The notes beneath the pieces are model-generated. The model did no database searches. It saw only the letters and a list, made by a program, of their open reading frames with translations, and was not told the origin of the DNA. This document shows positions 8,573-19,357 of a stretch of DNA of 64,000 bases, piece by piece. The translations under genes and the position numbers were made by a program. Source of the stretch: Candidatus Thorarchaeota archaeon. GTDB lineage: Archaea > Asgardarchaeota > Thorarchaeia > Thorarchaeales > Thorarchaeaceae. Within the stretch, counting starts at the first letter, position 1. The number at the start of each line of letters is the position of its first letter. Location: contig JAFGAR010000028.1 in the NCBI GenBank assembly GCA_016933575.1, positions 96,001-160,000 on the forward strand. Direction: 5' to 3'.

Positions 8573-10156
8573 CTAGAACATTAAAACATCAAAGGAATCT
8601 ATTGCAAAGAAGACAGCACGATATGCATAGATTCTGAAAGTATAGGTCACTTGTGAATCAGCTGTTACCAACATTATTGCTCTCAGAGTCCCAATAGCAT
8701 CTGAACCAAATGTTGTAAGAAGCGAAGGAAGAGACGCTATAGTTAGATTTGTGAGACCATGGTTTGAGGCAGATATCAAATCATTGACAAAGATTTGCAT
8801 CGTGGTGTATACTGAGTCAATACGGCCATCAATATCAGTTGAATTACCAATCTCGCCTAATTTGATTGACCAAGTCGAACCTATTGTCCTAAGGGAGCTT
8901 GCATAGGAGTATGCTAAGTATTCGCCTACATCACCTAGCATTTCGAATGAGAATCTAGACCGTTCACATGAGATCTCTACGGAGTTCCAGAGAGAGAGAG
9001 TATCTGCAGTGACGCCACACAGTCGCATAGTTAATGTATCGCCATCTTGAAAATCGTCAATTGCAAATGACTCTACTAATACACCTGCCTTAAGATTAGC
9101 CTCATCCGATGCTTGGATTAATTCAGCAGTATCTTCCTCAATGACAGTTGGATCGATTGAGAAGATTGAAGACCTCATAAGTCCCGCAAAACCCACGAGA
9201 TCTAGATTTCGAGTGTACAACATTAATTGTTGCCATTCAATGCGGGACAAAGTAAAATCATATTGAAGCTTTAGGGGACGGTTCATTACACCTACTAACT
9301 CAGTGGATACCTGCTCTAATGCATCATTATGGGACACAAACATTTCATGAATAACTTCAGTCGTACCTAACGATGTCGGATGAGAACCAATCATACTTGC
9401 TCTGTCTGAGGAGAGTGTAATGATGTAAGGTACAGATGTGAGATTCAGAGCTCCAATCCATGTTTGTAGACGTGACCATGATTCCGAGCTATTCTCTTGG
9501 ACTCTGATGTCAAGACCAAACTGATTTACTAGCACATCGTTCAACAGTGATTGTGTAGGTGTAATGTTGGTGTAAGGATAATCAAAATCCGCCAGAGGTA
9601 CTTCAAACATAGTATAAGAGGATCCGGTGTTCGATACGCTTGCAATCGGAACTTCACCCATAATAATGACAGAAACAGGAAAACTAAATCCAAGCATATT
9701 GAGGAGTATGATATACGCTATTGCTTTCTTTCCAGCTTGCCTGAAATTGGACTTAGGTCGAAAGCGACCAAGAAAGAAAAGTAAAATGATTGCAACAAGA
9801 TTGAATATCAGACTAAAGAGGAATCCTCGAATTAGTAGGGTGAGTAGCCCAAAGAATATACTTGATATCACTAAGAAGATTAAATTCCATACAGCGGCCC
9901 GGTCGTTATGAAAAGATTGTATCATAAATGGCAGGAATATCATCAGAGGAAGTATATAGAGCGCTATTGGCATTGAATCAACAAGACTGACACCACTCAG
10001 AGTCATTCTAATGGTCACTGAGAGCATTGCATAGAGAATGAGAATCATATTAACAACAAGAACAAAGATGATGAAGGTGTTGAATCCCCTATCAAGACGC
10101 TCGTTTGAATTAATAGAACTACGAACATCTCTGCGCCTCTGTAGTATTATACTCAT
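8573..10156 (-). CDS. membrane protein, ~5 N-terminal TM helices plus large soluble domain
   Basis: Hydrophobic N-terminal 170 aa; several N-x-S/T sequons in the C-terminal domain. Confidence 0.75.
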   Translation of the reverse strand: MSIILQRRRDVRSSINSNERLDRGFNTFIIFVLVVNMILILYAMLSVTIRMTLSGVSLVDSMPIALYILPLMIFLPFMIQSFHNDRAAVWNLIFLVISSIFFGLLTLLIRGFLFSLIFNLVAIILLFFLGRFRPKSNFRQAGKKAIAYIILLNMLGFSFPVSVIIMGEVPIASVSNTGSSYTMFEVPLADFDYPYTNITPTQSLLNDVLVNQFGLDIRVQENSSESWSRLQTWIGALNLTSVPYIITLSSDRASMIGSHPTSLGTTEVIHEMFVSHNDALEQVSTELVGVMNRPLKLQYDFTLSRIEWQQLMLYTRNLDLVGFAGLMRSSIFSIDPTVIEEDTAELIQASDEANLKAGVLVESFAIDDFQDGDTLTMRLCGVTADTLSLWNSVEISCERSRFSFEMLGDVGEYLAYSYASSLRTIGSTWSIKLGEIGNSTDIDGRIDSVYTTMQIFVNDLISASNHGLTNLTIASLPSLLTTFGSDAIGTLRAIMLVTADSQVTYTFRIYAYRAVFFAIDSFDVLMF

Positions 10157-10242
10157 GAAAGCTCATAGGTAGGTCTTCGTTTTAGCAGATAAGCTTCACG
10201 CATACGAATCTAGCATACTCTATATATTGAGAAGATTGGGCA

Positions 10243-11463
10243 ATGGATTATAGTAGGTTACCAATCATGTATGATGTTGCAGTGATAGGAGCAGGTCCTG
10301 GAGGATCTACAATCTCACGTTATCTAGCTAAGGCTGGATTAAACATCTGTTTGGTTGATAAGGATGCATTTCCGAGAGACAAACCATGTGGAGGAGGTTT
10401 CTCACAACGGATTCTCGATGAATTTCCATACCTTCGAAAACGTGCGGATGATTTCCTCAAAGGTATAGCAAAGGTTGGAGTACTTCACTCACCAAATCGA
10501 AGAGTGATTCTTGAAGGAAAGGTTGACATGGCAGTGACCTTACGAACTGATTTTGATAATGTCCTTTTTGAATGCGCCATAGAACAAGGTGCAGAACCGA
10601 TTGTTGGTCTTCGAGCGAAATCATTGAGAACAACATCCGATTATTCGGAAGTCTATCTTTCTGGGGGAAAATCCATCAAAGCCAACTTGATTGTTGGTGC
10701 AGATGGAGTGACAAGTATGGTAGCACGAAACACGGGTTTAAATAAAAGATGGCCAAACTCGACAGTAACGGCGTGTCGTGTTGTTGAAGTTCCTGCAACG
10801 AATGACGAAATCATAGAAAGGTATACTGAACAGCTTCATTATCATTTCTTTGCTAATCTAGGAGAACTCCCGGGCTATGCTTGGATTTTTCCAAAACGAG
10901 AAACTATCAATGTTGGCTTAGGGATTGTTGGTACTCATGCTAGAGGGCTCCCCAGTATCTTTAATGCATTTGTAAAATATCTAAAGAAAGAAAACCTACT
11001 GATGGAAGATTCTGATCTTAAAAAAGCCAAAGGTGCTCTTGTACCCACCAACGGACCAATTCGCAGGTCATATGCAAATCGTTGTCTTTTGGTTGGGGAT
11101 TCAGCTGGAATGGTGAGTCCGCTTACTGGAGGAGGAATTGCATACGCTATGAAAGCAGCCCGCTACGCGGTGCCAGTAATTCAAACCTGCATTGAAAATA
11201 GCGATTTCACAGCTACAAGCTTAGAAGATTATGAAACCGCCTGGCGGAGAGCCTTTGGTAATGAATTCAAAGAACAATTACTTGCTCAGAAGATATTTAC
11301 AAGTCCATTTACAGAAGTACTGTTCGCTATTGGAAGTCGTGATAAGAAAATTCAAACAATGGTCTCAGAGTCTATGGCAGAATCATCAGAACAAGGAATA
11401 AGTATCACTAATTTGGTCGCTCGTACATTGTTAGTATGTCTAAAATCAGCAATCAGAGTCTAG
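10243..11463 (+). CDS. geranylgeranyl reductase family flavoprotein
   Basis: GAGPGG, FPRDKPCGGG, GADG, GYAWIFPK, LVGDSAGMVSPLTGGGI; true start may be 10267. Confidence 0.9.
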   Translation: MDYSRLPIMYDVAVIGAGPGGSTISRYLAKAGLNICLVDKDAFPRDKPCGGGFSQRILDEFPYLRKRADDFLKGIAKVGVLHSPNRRVILEGKVDMAVTLRTDFDNVLFECAIEQGAEPIVGLRAKSLRTTSDYSEVYLSGGKSIKANLIVGADGVTSMVARNTGLNKRWPNSTVTACRVVEVPATNDEIIERYTEQLHYHFFANLGELPGYAWIFPKRETINVGLGIVGTHARGLPSIFNAFVKYLKKENLLMEDSDLKKAKGALVPTNGPIRRSYANRCLLVGDSAGMVSPLTGGGIAYAMKAARYAVPVIQTCIENSDFTATSLEDYETAWRRAFGNEFKEQLLAQKIFTSPFTEVLFAIGSRDKKIQTMVSESMAESSEQGISITNLVARTLLVCLKSAIRV

Positions 11464-11535
11464 CTTCATTTTTGTTTCCTGAATAACATAAGGGATAAAT
11501 GAGAGTATACGTAGTAACTTGTATTCCGATTCTCA

Positions 11536-13233
11536 GTGATGAGAGAGAGGAGAGAAAAATTGGATAAACCATGGTACAAAAACTATGTGGAAGGTACCCC
11601 GCACGAGATTTCGATTCCTGAAGGTCCGCTCTGGACAGGACTTGATAATGCCATCAAGAATTATCCAGATAATATTGCTTTGTTTTTTGAAGGAGTCAAA
11701 GTCACCTATCGCGAACTTGGAGAGTTAGTAGATCGAGCTGCCAATGGATTCGCGAAGTTAGGGGTCAAGAAGGGTGATGTTGTAGCAATCATGCTTATCA
11801 ACTGTCCCCAATTTGTAATATCGTATTTTGGTGCACTGAAGTGTGGTGCAACTGTAACTCCTGTGAATCCCCTAGCTGTGGCCAAAGAACTCAGGATATA
11901 CTTGCAGGATACGAAAGCAAAAGTGATGGTAGTTCTCAATTTCTTCTATGGTGTAGTTCAAGCTGTTCGTGAAGAATCGAGTCTTGAGAAAGTGATTGTT
12001 GCTGCTGGTTGGGATATGATGTCAAAGATAAAGCAAATCTTGGCTCCCAAGACAGTTTACAAGAAAGAGATGAAACATGTTCCACCAATGCGCGAAGGAG
12101 ATATTCTTTGGAATGATTTTATTGCAGGCGCAGTTCCTGAAGCACCCAAGGTGGACATCAATCCTGCAAAAGATATTGCAGTGTATCAATTTACTGGAGG
12201 AACTACAGGTATCCCAAAGGCTGCCATGTTAACTCATGATAATCTAAAAGCAAACTGTGAGCAATGTGGAGCATGGATGGAGGCAATTGCTGAAAAAGGA
12301 AAGGAGTCCTTTGTGGCGGCACTGCCATTACAGCATATATTTGGTCAGACAATTTCAATGAATCTAGCCATATCTTGGGGTAGTACGATTATCCTAGTTC
12401 CCAATGCGAGAGATATCAAACACCTACTGGAATTGATTAGCAAGGAGAGACCTACATTCTTTCCAATTGTATCAACACTCGCAATCTCAATTTATAGTCA
12501 CCCGGAAGCAAAGAAGTATGACCTTACATCACTGAAACTGTCTATTGCAGGAGCCATGGCACTTCCACCAGAAGTGACACGTAGATTTGAAGAAGCCACT
12601 AATTCAATTATCATAGAAGGATATGGACTAAGTGAAGCTTCGCCTGTAACTCATGCAAATCCACTCGATAAGGAGAAGCGAAAAGTAGGTTCAATTGGAC
12701 TACCATTCCCAAGTACAGACTGCAAGATTGTAGATCTTGATAACAAATCTAAGGACTTGGCAGTTGGAGAAGTGGGTGAGCTTGCTGTTAAGGGCCCACA
12801 GATTATGGCAGGTTACCATAACCGACCAGATGAAACAAAAGATGTTCTCTCGAAAGATGGCTGGTTGTACACAGGTGATATTGCGAAGATTGACGAACAT
12901 GGATGGACATACATAGTTGATAGGAAGAAGGATCTCATCAATGCGAGCGGCTACAAAGTTTGGCCAAATGAAGTTGAAGAGGTTCTCTTTGAACATCCCA
13001 AGATTAGAGAAGCGGCAGTTATAGGAATTCCCGATGAAACGCGTGGCGAAACCGTGAAAGCCTTCGTCGTTCTTGAACCCGGACAGACTGCAACAGTTGA
13101 TGAGATTCGAGCTTTCTCAAAAGAAAAGATGGCTGTGTATAAGGTCCCAACGCACATTGAATTCGTTGATGAATTGCCAAAATCACAGGTGGGTAAGATT
13201 CTCAGAAGAGAGTTACGCGAAGATACAAAGTAG
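11536..13233 (+). CDS. fadD: long-chain-fatty-acid--CoA ligase
   Basis: FTGGTTGIPK AMP-binding loop, EGYGLSEASP, TGDIA, VDRKKD, LPKSQVGKILRR. Confidence 0.92.
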   Translation: MMRERREKLDKPWYKNYVEGTPHEISIPEGPLWTGLDNAIKNYPDNIALFFEGVKVTYRELGELVDRAANGFAKLGVKKGDVVAIMLINCPQFVISYFGALKCGATVTPVNPLAVAKELRIYLQDTKAKVMVVLNFFYGVVQAVREESSLEKVIVAAGWDMMSKIKQILAPKTVYKKEMKHVPPMREGDILWNDFIAGAVPEAPKVDINPAKDIAVYQFTGGTTGIPKAAMLTHDNLKANCEQCGAWMEAIAEKGKESFVAALPLQHIFGQTISMNLAISWGSTIILVPNARDIKHLLELISKERPTFFPIVSTLAISIYSHPEAKKYDLTSLKLSIAGAMALPPEVTRRFEEATNSIIIEGYGLSEASPVTHANPLDKEKRKVGSIGLPFPSTDCKIVDLDNKSKDLAVGEVGELAVKGPQIMAGYHNRPDETKDVLSKDGWLYTGDIAKIDEHGWTYIVDRKKDLINASGYKVWPNEVEEVLFEHPKIREAAVIGIPDETRGETVKAFVVLEPGQTATVDEIRAFSKEKMAVYKVPTHIEFVDELPKSQVGKILRRELREDTK

Positions 13234-13246
13234 AAACAAACCTGAA

Positions 13247-13287
13247 ACCGGAAGCATAAAGATGCCTTCCGGTATTCTTCTTTTTCT
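13247..13287 (+). terminator. hairpin plus pyrimidine tract between convergent genes
   Basis: ACCGGAAGCAT-AAAG-ATGCCTTCCGGT (one bulge) followed by ATTCTTCTTTTTCT. Confidence 0.6.
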
Positions 13288-13290
13288 CGC

Positions 13291-13851
13291 CTAATCCGAC
13301 GGCTGAAACGCATCTGTTTCATAATTTTCAATGAGTGCTTGAACCTCAGGTCTGCCTAACAACTTCCGACGGGTTTCAGAGAGATTATTGATCACACAAG
13401 CAATACCTACAACAGAGGCACCAACACTCTCAACAAATTTCTTCACTGCGAGGACAGTTGTTCCATGATGTAACCAGTCATCTACAATTGCGACTCTATC
13501 GCCGGGATCAATCGACTCAGTAACAATAGCGAGTTTTCGATCAGCAAAACGACTTACAGGGAAGATTTCCACTTCTCTATTGTATTCCTCAGGCAGATAA
13601 TAAATGGAACGAGCAGGAACAATTCCACAGCCTAGATAGTAAGCAATAGCACTACCTAGAGCAATGCCACGTTGTTCAATGCCAATAATCTTGTTTGGTT
13701 TGACCTCTAGAAGCGGTTTTGCTAAAGCAACTACAGCTTCATGAAATATATTGGGATGTTCTAGAAGTCTGCTAATGTCACAGACGGCCTTTCCAGGTCC
13801 AGGCCAATCCTTAATCACTTCAATGTATTTCTTAAAGTCAACATTTGCCAT
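13291..13851 (-). CDS. adenine/purine phosphoribosyltransferase-like protein
   Basis: DWPGPG…DISRLL, GIEQRG, PRPP-loop RVAIVDDWLHHGTT. Confidence 0.8.
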   Translation of the reverse strand: MANVDFKKYIEVIKDWPGPGKAVCDISRLLEHPNIFHEAVVALAKPLLEVKPNKIIGIEQRGIALGSAIAYYLGCGIVPARSIYYLPEEYNREVEIFPVSRFADRKLAIVTESIDPGDRVAIVDDWLHHGTTVLAVKKFVESVGASVVGIACVINNLSETRRKLLGRPEVQALIENYETDAFQPSD

Positions 13852-14008
13852 CGTTCCATCACTACTGGAGGCTAGCTACTAGTTAGACTTAATCCTTTCG
13901 TTGTCAAAAGAGACCACATAAGATGGGCAATCGGGACACCACACGCGAAACAGTTAAGATGAAAGCAGCAGCATTTGTTGAACATAACCGTTTGGATGAT
14001 AGGTCACC

Positions 14009-15337
14009 TTGATAGTTCCAGGCACAACAATATCACTAACACTCCTACCCACTTTCATAGAGGTACGAGATAAGGGTATAGTCAAAAAGAAGGTCCCTCT
14101 GAAGTCAAGATCTTATGATGATATAGTGTTGGAATTGCAGAAATACTTCAGGTATCTTGGTAAGAGGTTAGCTCCGGGTGTTCTTGAAGATGTTCTTCAT
14201 AAAATAGGAGTACCTAAAGCAAGACGTATCATTCCAGAACCTGAGCTTGAACCCGAACCAGAACCTGAAATCGAAATAATAGAAGAAGAAGTTGTACCTG
14301 AACCCGTCAAAGAAAGAGAAGTAATCAGTGAACCTCCAAAGAAGAAGGAAAACGAGAAAAAGAAAGAGAAGGAGAAAAAGGAGAAACAAATACCAGCTGC
14401 GACCTTCGTAGAGAAACCTAGTGAGAGTGCAGATGAAAAGGGAGTCATATCAGCAGATGATTTCGATGATATTTCAGATGCATTGAAGGCTGTTGAGTCT
14501 TTGAGTGACTCATTCATGACGGGGACAAAGGATACAGGGATTAAAGAAGTAAACAAACCTGAGATCAGTATTAATCTGAAGGGACAAGAGGAAATTGTTG
14601 CTTCTGGCAGTACATATGTTAGAGAGCCATATAGCAAGGAAATTGCTAGTAAGGAAATAGAAGAAGCATCTGAAGAGATAGAACTCATTGCGGAAACAAT
14701 AGAAGAAATTCCAGAGGAAGAAGAGATAGAGACCCCTGTCCATGTGACTCCAACTCATCAAATTAAGCCAATAGTGGAGTGCAAAGCACTTCTTCTGGGT
14801 GAAACAGGTGTAGGCAAGAGAAGTCTTCAACAGAAGGCAGGACTTGAACCAATTGTAAATAATGAAGAAACTGGAGAGGTCTCTTCGTATATCTTTGGAA
14901 GCTTGATCGATTGTGCAAATCATCGGATCAGACTCAATGTATGGTCTTTCGATGTTGCTGTGAAAGCAAAAGTGCCAAGGAAAGATTTCTACGATGAAGC
15001 ACAATTGCTTATCATTGTCTACGCGGCTTCTGATAGATGGAGTTTTGAGAGTATTGATTTCTGGTTGAGAGAGGCATCAATATCCTGTGAAAACAATTTA
15101 CCAATAGTAATCGCAGCAAACAAGATCGACTTGCGTTCTGACAATGCTGATGATTCGGGAGAAGAACCTGTCACTTACGAGGAGGGATTCCAGTTAGCAG
15201 AGGAATTAGCAAAGAGATTTGGTGTAGAGGGAAAGTTGCATCCTGTTGCATTCATAGAAACTTCCTGTATCAGTGGTGAAAACACCATGGAGGTCTTTAA
15301 GACAGCTGCTCAGCTCTTTGAGAATAACCTCAAGTGA
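14009..15337 (+). CDS. Rab/Ras-like small GTPase domain with long N-terminal extension (degenerate G1/G3)
   Basis: LLLGETGVGKRS, LNVWSFD, IIVYAASDRWSFESIDFWL, ANKIDLR, FIETSC; acidic PE/KE-rich linker. Confidence 0.85.
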   Translation: MIVPGTTISLTLLPTFIEVRDKGIVKKKVPLKSRSYDDIVLELQKYFRYLGKRLAPGVLEDVLHKIGVPKARRIIPEPELEPEPEPEIEIIEEEVVPEPVKEREVISEPPKKKENEKKKEKEKKEKQIPAATFVEKPSESADEKGVISADDFDDISDALKAVESLSDSFMTGTKDTGIKEVNKPEISINLKGQEEIVASGSTYVREPYSKEIASKEIEEASEEIELIAETIEEIPEEEEIETPVHVTPTHQIKPIVECKALLLGETGVGKRSLQQKAGLEPIVNNEETGEVSSYIFGSLIDCANHRIRLNVWSFDVAVKAKVPRKDFYDEAQLLIIVYAASDRWSFESIDFWLREASISCENNLPIVIAANKIDLRSDNADDSGEEPVTYEEGFQLAEELAKRFGVEGKLHPVAFIETSCISGENTMEVFKTAAQLFENNLK

Positions 15338-15447
15338 TAGTTATCATAATAAGGTTCAAAGGTTCATATGACTCAGAGAATTCATATAGTGGTCAGTTAT
15401 TGTAAATGACAGCTGAGAACATACATTGATGACACTTGAATACATAG

Positions 15448-15762
15448 ATGGTGATTAAATCGGTAGAATACTGCGAGAGTTGTGGTAAAGAGTTAGACCC
15501 CATCAGACCAGCTACGAATCTAGAAGACAATTTCATCAATGATACAAGACAGAATCTTTTCATCTGCACCGAGTGTTTTAAGAAACGCTTCAAGACCGTG
15601 ACTAAGAAACGTTCTGGGTATGGCGGAACAATTTACGAACTTGAAGAACGCCCACCGCCTCGATTTGGACTTGGCAGTCAATCCTTTTCCTGTCTCAAGT
15701 GCAACTGGGTAGCTTGGAATGAGGAAGGACTTGCAGCACACATGAAAAGGCGTCACTCATAG
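15448..15762 (+). CDS. zinc-finger protein (C4 ribbon plus C2H2)
   Basis: CESC…CTEC and FSCLKC-x12-HMKRRH. Confidence 0.75.
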   Translation: MVIKSVEYCESCGKELDPIRPATNLEDNFINDTRQNLFICTECFKKRFKTVTKKRSGYGGTIYELEERPPPRFGLGSQSFSCLKCNWVAWNEEGLAAHMKRRHS

Positions 15763-15764
15763 AC

Positions 15765-16406
15765 TCATTTATTCATCGCAAATTGCTTGTTTTCACGGAT
15801 AATCTCGTGACCAGATATTTTCAAACCCGGAATTCGTCTTGCAGCACTTTCAAGCATGCCCATTCTATACGTAGCTGTTCGGGGTCCAAGTCCATGAAGC
15901 CATTCTAGCTGAGCCATGTCGAGCTTCTGGTTTGCTGCGAAGTAGAGTTTCAAATCTTCGCCAATCTCGCGAGACCTCTCAAACATAGCAGTGGTAAGAC
16001 CAACACTTGGAGCTGCAAAGGCGGATAATACCCATATGAAAATGAAGGGGTCGTCGCTAAACTTGTCGTAAAAGAACATGAATCCAAACAGAGTTGGACC
16101 AACAAGCGATAGTACTACCAAAATTAGAGACAGATGTTGTGTAGAGTCGTCACTTCCTAGTCCAGCTAGTCCGATAACATCTTGATCAGGAGGATAGAGA
16201 TAGACTAGGACGCCGCCTGAAGTGATACCTACTACCAATGCAGAGGAAATTGTTAGCATAATATATCCGAATGCACGACTAGTCCAAATGTCTGGAAAAC
16301 TCAATAGAGATTGCAGTGTCAAAGATATGGTAATTAATAAGGCTCCAACTATGAAACCTTGCCAACTGAAGAACTCATACTTCCGTGCCATTATCTCATC
16401 AGACAA
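15765..16406 (-). CDS. four-TM membrane protein of unknown function
   Basis: Four hydrophobic segments and a soluble C-terminal tail. Confidence 0.7.
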   Translation of the reverse strand: MSDEIMARKYEFFSWQGFIVGALLITISLTLQSLLSFPDIWTSRAFGYIMLTISSALVVGITSGGVLVYLYPPDQDVIGLAGLGSDDSTQHLSLILVVLSLVGPTLFGFMFFYDKFSDDPFIFIWVLSAFAAPSVGLTTAMFERSREIGEDLKLYFAANQKLDMAQLEWLHGLGPRTATYRMGMLESAARRIPGLKISGHEIIRENKQFAMNK

Positions 16407-16600
16407 TGATTCGCTGCACCTCTAACTATTCTATGATGAAATAAGTCTTCAATAGAGATAAAGCTTACTCATCATTAATCATGTGTCACAAATCCATTAA
16501 GATTGATTGCAAATACGCAAAATGTAAGAAAGCATTGCTTTATTATTAGGAGATAATCCTACCCAACGGCAGTCAAAATGATAGCGGTGTAAGATTTTCT

Positions 16601-19357
16601 ATGTCTGTTCTCATGAAAGATCGTCATGGATTCAAAGACAGACAGAGAATAGCATTGACTCTAATCTGTCTAACCATAGCAACAACCATTGTTGTTAGCG
16701 TTTCAATCTATGTTGATTCTGCTTCTGTCAGTGAGTGGTCACGACAGATAGACATCGGACCTGTATCCATGATGGTTGCAGGCAATGGAATTAAAGATGA
16801 CATTGATGCCATTAGTGAAATACTAGGAGTCACTAATGTTTCAGGTCTTGACTCAGCTCATGGTGAAATTTCTAGAACAAATGTGATTTATGGTTTCGAA
16901 ACGAGTGGGAATATCTACACATTGACGGATGACTATATGGAGAAATTCCCAACAACGTTTACTTTGAAAACTGGGAGATGGCCTCAGAACGAGTCAGAGA
17001 TAGCTATTCCTCAAACGCTAGCGGATCAAGCATTCATAGGAATCGGTTGGCATGTTAACTACTCCTTTGGACTAGGCTTCCCAGAAACATTACTTACAAT
17101 CGTTGGTACATATATGCAAACCACAGGAGACCTCTATAGTCATTATTTTTATTCTAGTATTGGTGTCGTCGTGGATTCACTTCTCAATGTGAATACAACT
17201 GCTACACGAGCGTATCTGAGTGTTGATACGACCTCAATCACTCCTTTTGATGCAGATGGATCCCTTTCTTACTTAGCTAACATCCAAGAGGAAATTAGAT
17301 TATTATACCCAGGCTACCCAGAAGAACTTTTATTTTCAGGCTATACTGTCTTCGATTATTTATCCACTGGAATTGAAGCTTATCTGAATTGGCGAAATAC
17401 TGCTAGAAGTTCTCAGATTGGGAGAGCATCAGGCATAGTACTGATAGTCGTCTTGATTGATATACTTGCAATTCAGTATAATTTAAGATGCAAGAAACCA
17501 GAATTGGACTACCTTAGAGCGAGAGGCGCGAGTTCAACAAAAATAGAAATTGAAGCAGTAAAGGAGATATTTTTCATCACGCTGTTTTCAGCAGTGTTGG
17601 GAATCTTTTTTGCAGTATTGACAAGCAGACTCGCCTTAATGGCTGTTGGTTATCTGCAATTTGATTTCTCACAGATTATGATATTACCAGTACTGATAAC
17701 ACGTGATACTATTCTACTCTGCGTGATTGTGAGCATCATAATTCCAGCACTGGTTTATCTAGGAATCAAAACTGCTGTATCGAGTAGAGGTGTAATCTCT
17801 GATGAAAAGGGGAGAATGGGAAAGATCTCAAAGCTGCTAAAAATCATTAGATGGGATTTGGGCGTTATTATCCTCTCATTAATACTGATGTTTGCATTCT
17901 ACACCACAAGTGCATTAATTCAAAGAAATCCAGTTTTTAATTTAATACTCCCATACTTGCCTGTTCCAATTTATCTTGCAGTCAGTAGTCTCGTTATGAA
18001 GGGATTGGAAAAGAGTACGAACTATTTCTCTTCAGCAACAAAAAGAGTTCTTGGAAAGATTCCAGCATCGATAGGCATACGACGAATCGGAAAATCTGCA
18101 AAGAGTGCAGGTCCAGTAATCATGATATTAGTGCTTGCTATAACATTATCATGGAATAATGTAATTGCAGATGTTTCTTTACCTGAGACAAGGGAGGTTC
18201 ACGCTAAGTTTGCACTGGGAGGAGACATAGTCTTTCATATCAAGAAAGATGAGTCTCCAAGATGGACAGAGTTCATGGAGAATATTACGGACCGCCCAGA
18301 GGTCATTGATGCAACCATTGTATCTTTGACAAGACTGTTCCTTTCTGCAGGTTTTGTGGGAGCTGCTGATTTTGTAGGGATAACACCTGATGAATACAGG
18401 CATATTGGTTATGATTATCTAGGTAACCGCTTGAATGAATCTATCTACAATGATCTACTGCTAGAGATGATAGAGAATCCTAAAGCAGCGATAATGACGA
18501 GAGATATTGCAGAGCAATATGAGATTTCCGCGGGTGATACCTTCAGAGCCTTTAGAACTCAATCAGATACCAATTACTATACCTTCACTGTAATCGCAGT
18601 TGTAGATTCACTTCCACAACCGATGATACCTGAGTCAACATTCATACCAAGTGGAGAGGGCTATAATGTTGGAGCACACAAGATATTCGTCAACAGATTA
18701 TATCTTGGTGAAAAAATAGACCTAGTGCGAGATACTTATAGCTATATCTCAGTATCTACCTTCGATGATGTCAACTCTACTGAAACAGCAATCAATCTAT
18801 TAGAGACCGGTGGTGACATTGTCACGTATGCAGGAGATTGGGCGGTTGTCGATAATGAGGTTGACTCATATCTCTCATCGACAGCTTATAAGATGGATAG
18901 GTCTGTAGATAGTATGTTATCCATCACATCTGTTATTCTATTACTTGGTGTCCTTAGTGTCTACACGACTGAGAGTATAAAGACCCGGAAACGTGATGTT
19001 GCACTACTTAGAGCGATGGGATCTGAAACTAGACTGATCACGAAGATTGAGATTGCTGAACTATCTTTCCTATTGTTATTCAGTCTTGGACTATTAGGAT
19101 TATATGCACCTTTGTTTGTTGCAAATTCTCTAATTGCGTCACTGAATGTGTATGCTTCATGGTCATTCAGATTCCCAGTACAGGTATTTCCTGTGATTCC
19201 GTGGTTTACTTTGATTTTACTTTTATCAATCTTCGTACTAGCAATAATGGCTTTTATTGCAGTAGTAGCCATAAAGAGCTCCCGAGTCGAGCTCAATGAA
19301 GCCCTAAGTAATACTTGGGCAAAAGCAGGTCCAATAATGGAGAGTGAAATTCAATGA
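16601..19357 (+). CDS. type VII ABC (FtsX/MacB-like) permease, class A copy 1
   Basis: GRWPQNESEIAI; two coupling motifs LRARGAS and DVALLRAMGS; two large extracytoplasmic domains. Confidence 0.88.
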   Translation: MSVLMKDRHGFKDRQRIALTLICLTIATTIVVSVSIYVDSASVSEWSRQIDIGPVSMMVAGNGIKDDIDAISEILGVTNVSGLDSAHGEISRTNVIYGFETSGNIYTLTDDYMEKFPTTFTLKTGRWPQNESEIAIPQTLADQAFIGIGWHVNYSFGLGFPETLLTIVGTYMQTTGDLYSHYFYSSIGVVVDSLLNVNTTATRAYLSVDTTSITPFDADGSLSYLANIQEEIRLLYPGYPEELLFSGYTVFDYLSTGIEAYLNWRNTARSSQIGRASGIVLIVVLIDILAIQYNLRCKKPELDYLRARGASSTKIEIEAVKEIFFITLFSAVLGIFFAVLTSRLALMAVGYLQFDFSQIMILPVLITRDTILLCVIVSIIIPALVYLGIKTAVSSRGVISDEKGRMGKISKLLKIIRWDLGVIILSLILMFAFYTTSALIQRNPVFNLILPYLPVPIYLAVSSLVMKGLEKSTNYFSSATKRVLGKIPASIGIRRIGKSAKSAGPVIMILVLAITLSWNNVIADVSLPETREVHAKFALGGDIVFHIKKDESPRWTEFMENITDRPEVIDATIVSLTRLFLSAGFVGAADFVGITPDEYRHIGYDYLGNRLNESIYNDLLLEMIENPKAAIMTRDIAEQYEISAGDTFRAFRTQSDTNYYTFTVIAVVDSLPQPMIPESTFIPSGEGYNVGAHKIFVNRLYLGEKIDLVRDTYSYISVSTFDDVNSTETAINLLETGGDIVTYAGDWAVVDNEVDSYLSSTAYKMDRSVDSMLSITSVILLLGVLSVYTTESIKTRKRDVALLRAMGSETRLITKIEIAELSFLLLFSLGLLGLYAPLFVANSLIASLNVYASWSFRFPVQVFPVIPWFTLILLLSIFVLAIMAFIAVVAIKSSRVELNEALSNTWAKAGPIMESEIQ

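Noticed and set aside
14230-14390. Purine-rich low-complexity DNA and the two minus-strand ORFs over it
   Set aside because: Explained by the PE and KKE linker of the GTPase; the antisense ORFs are shadows
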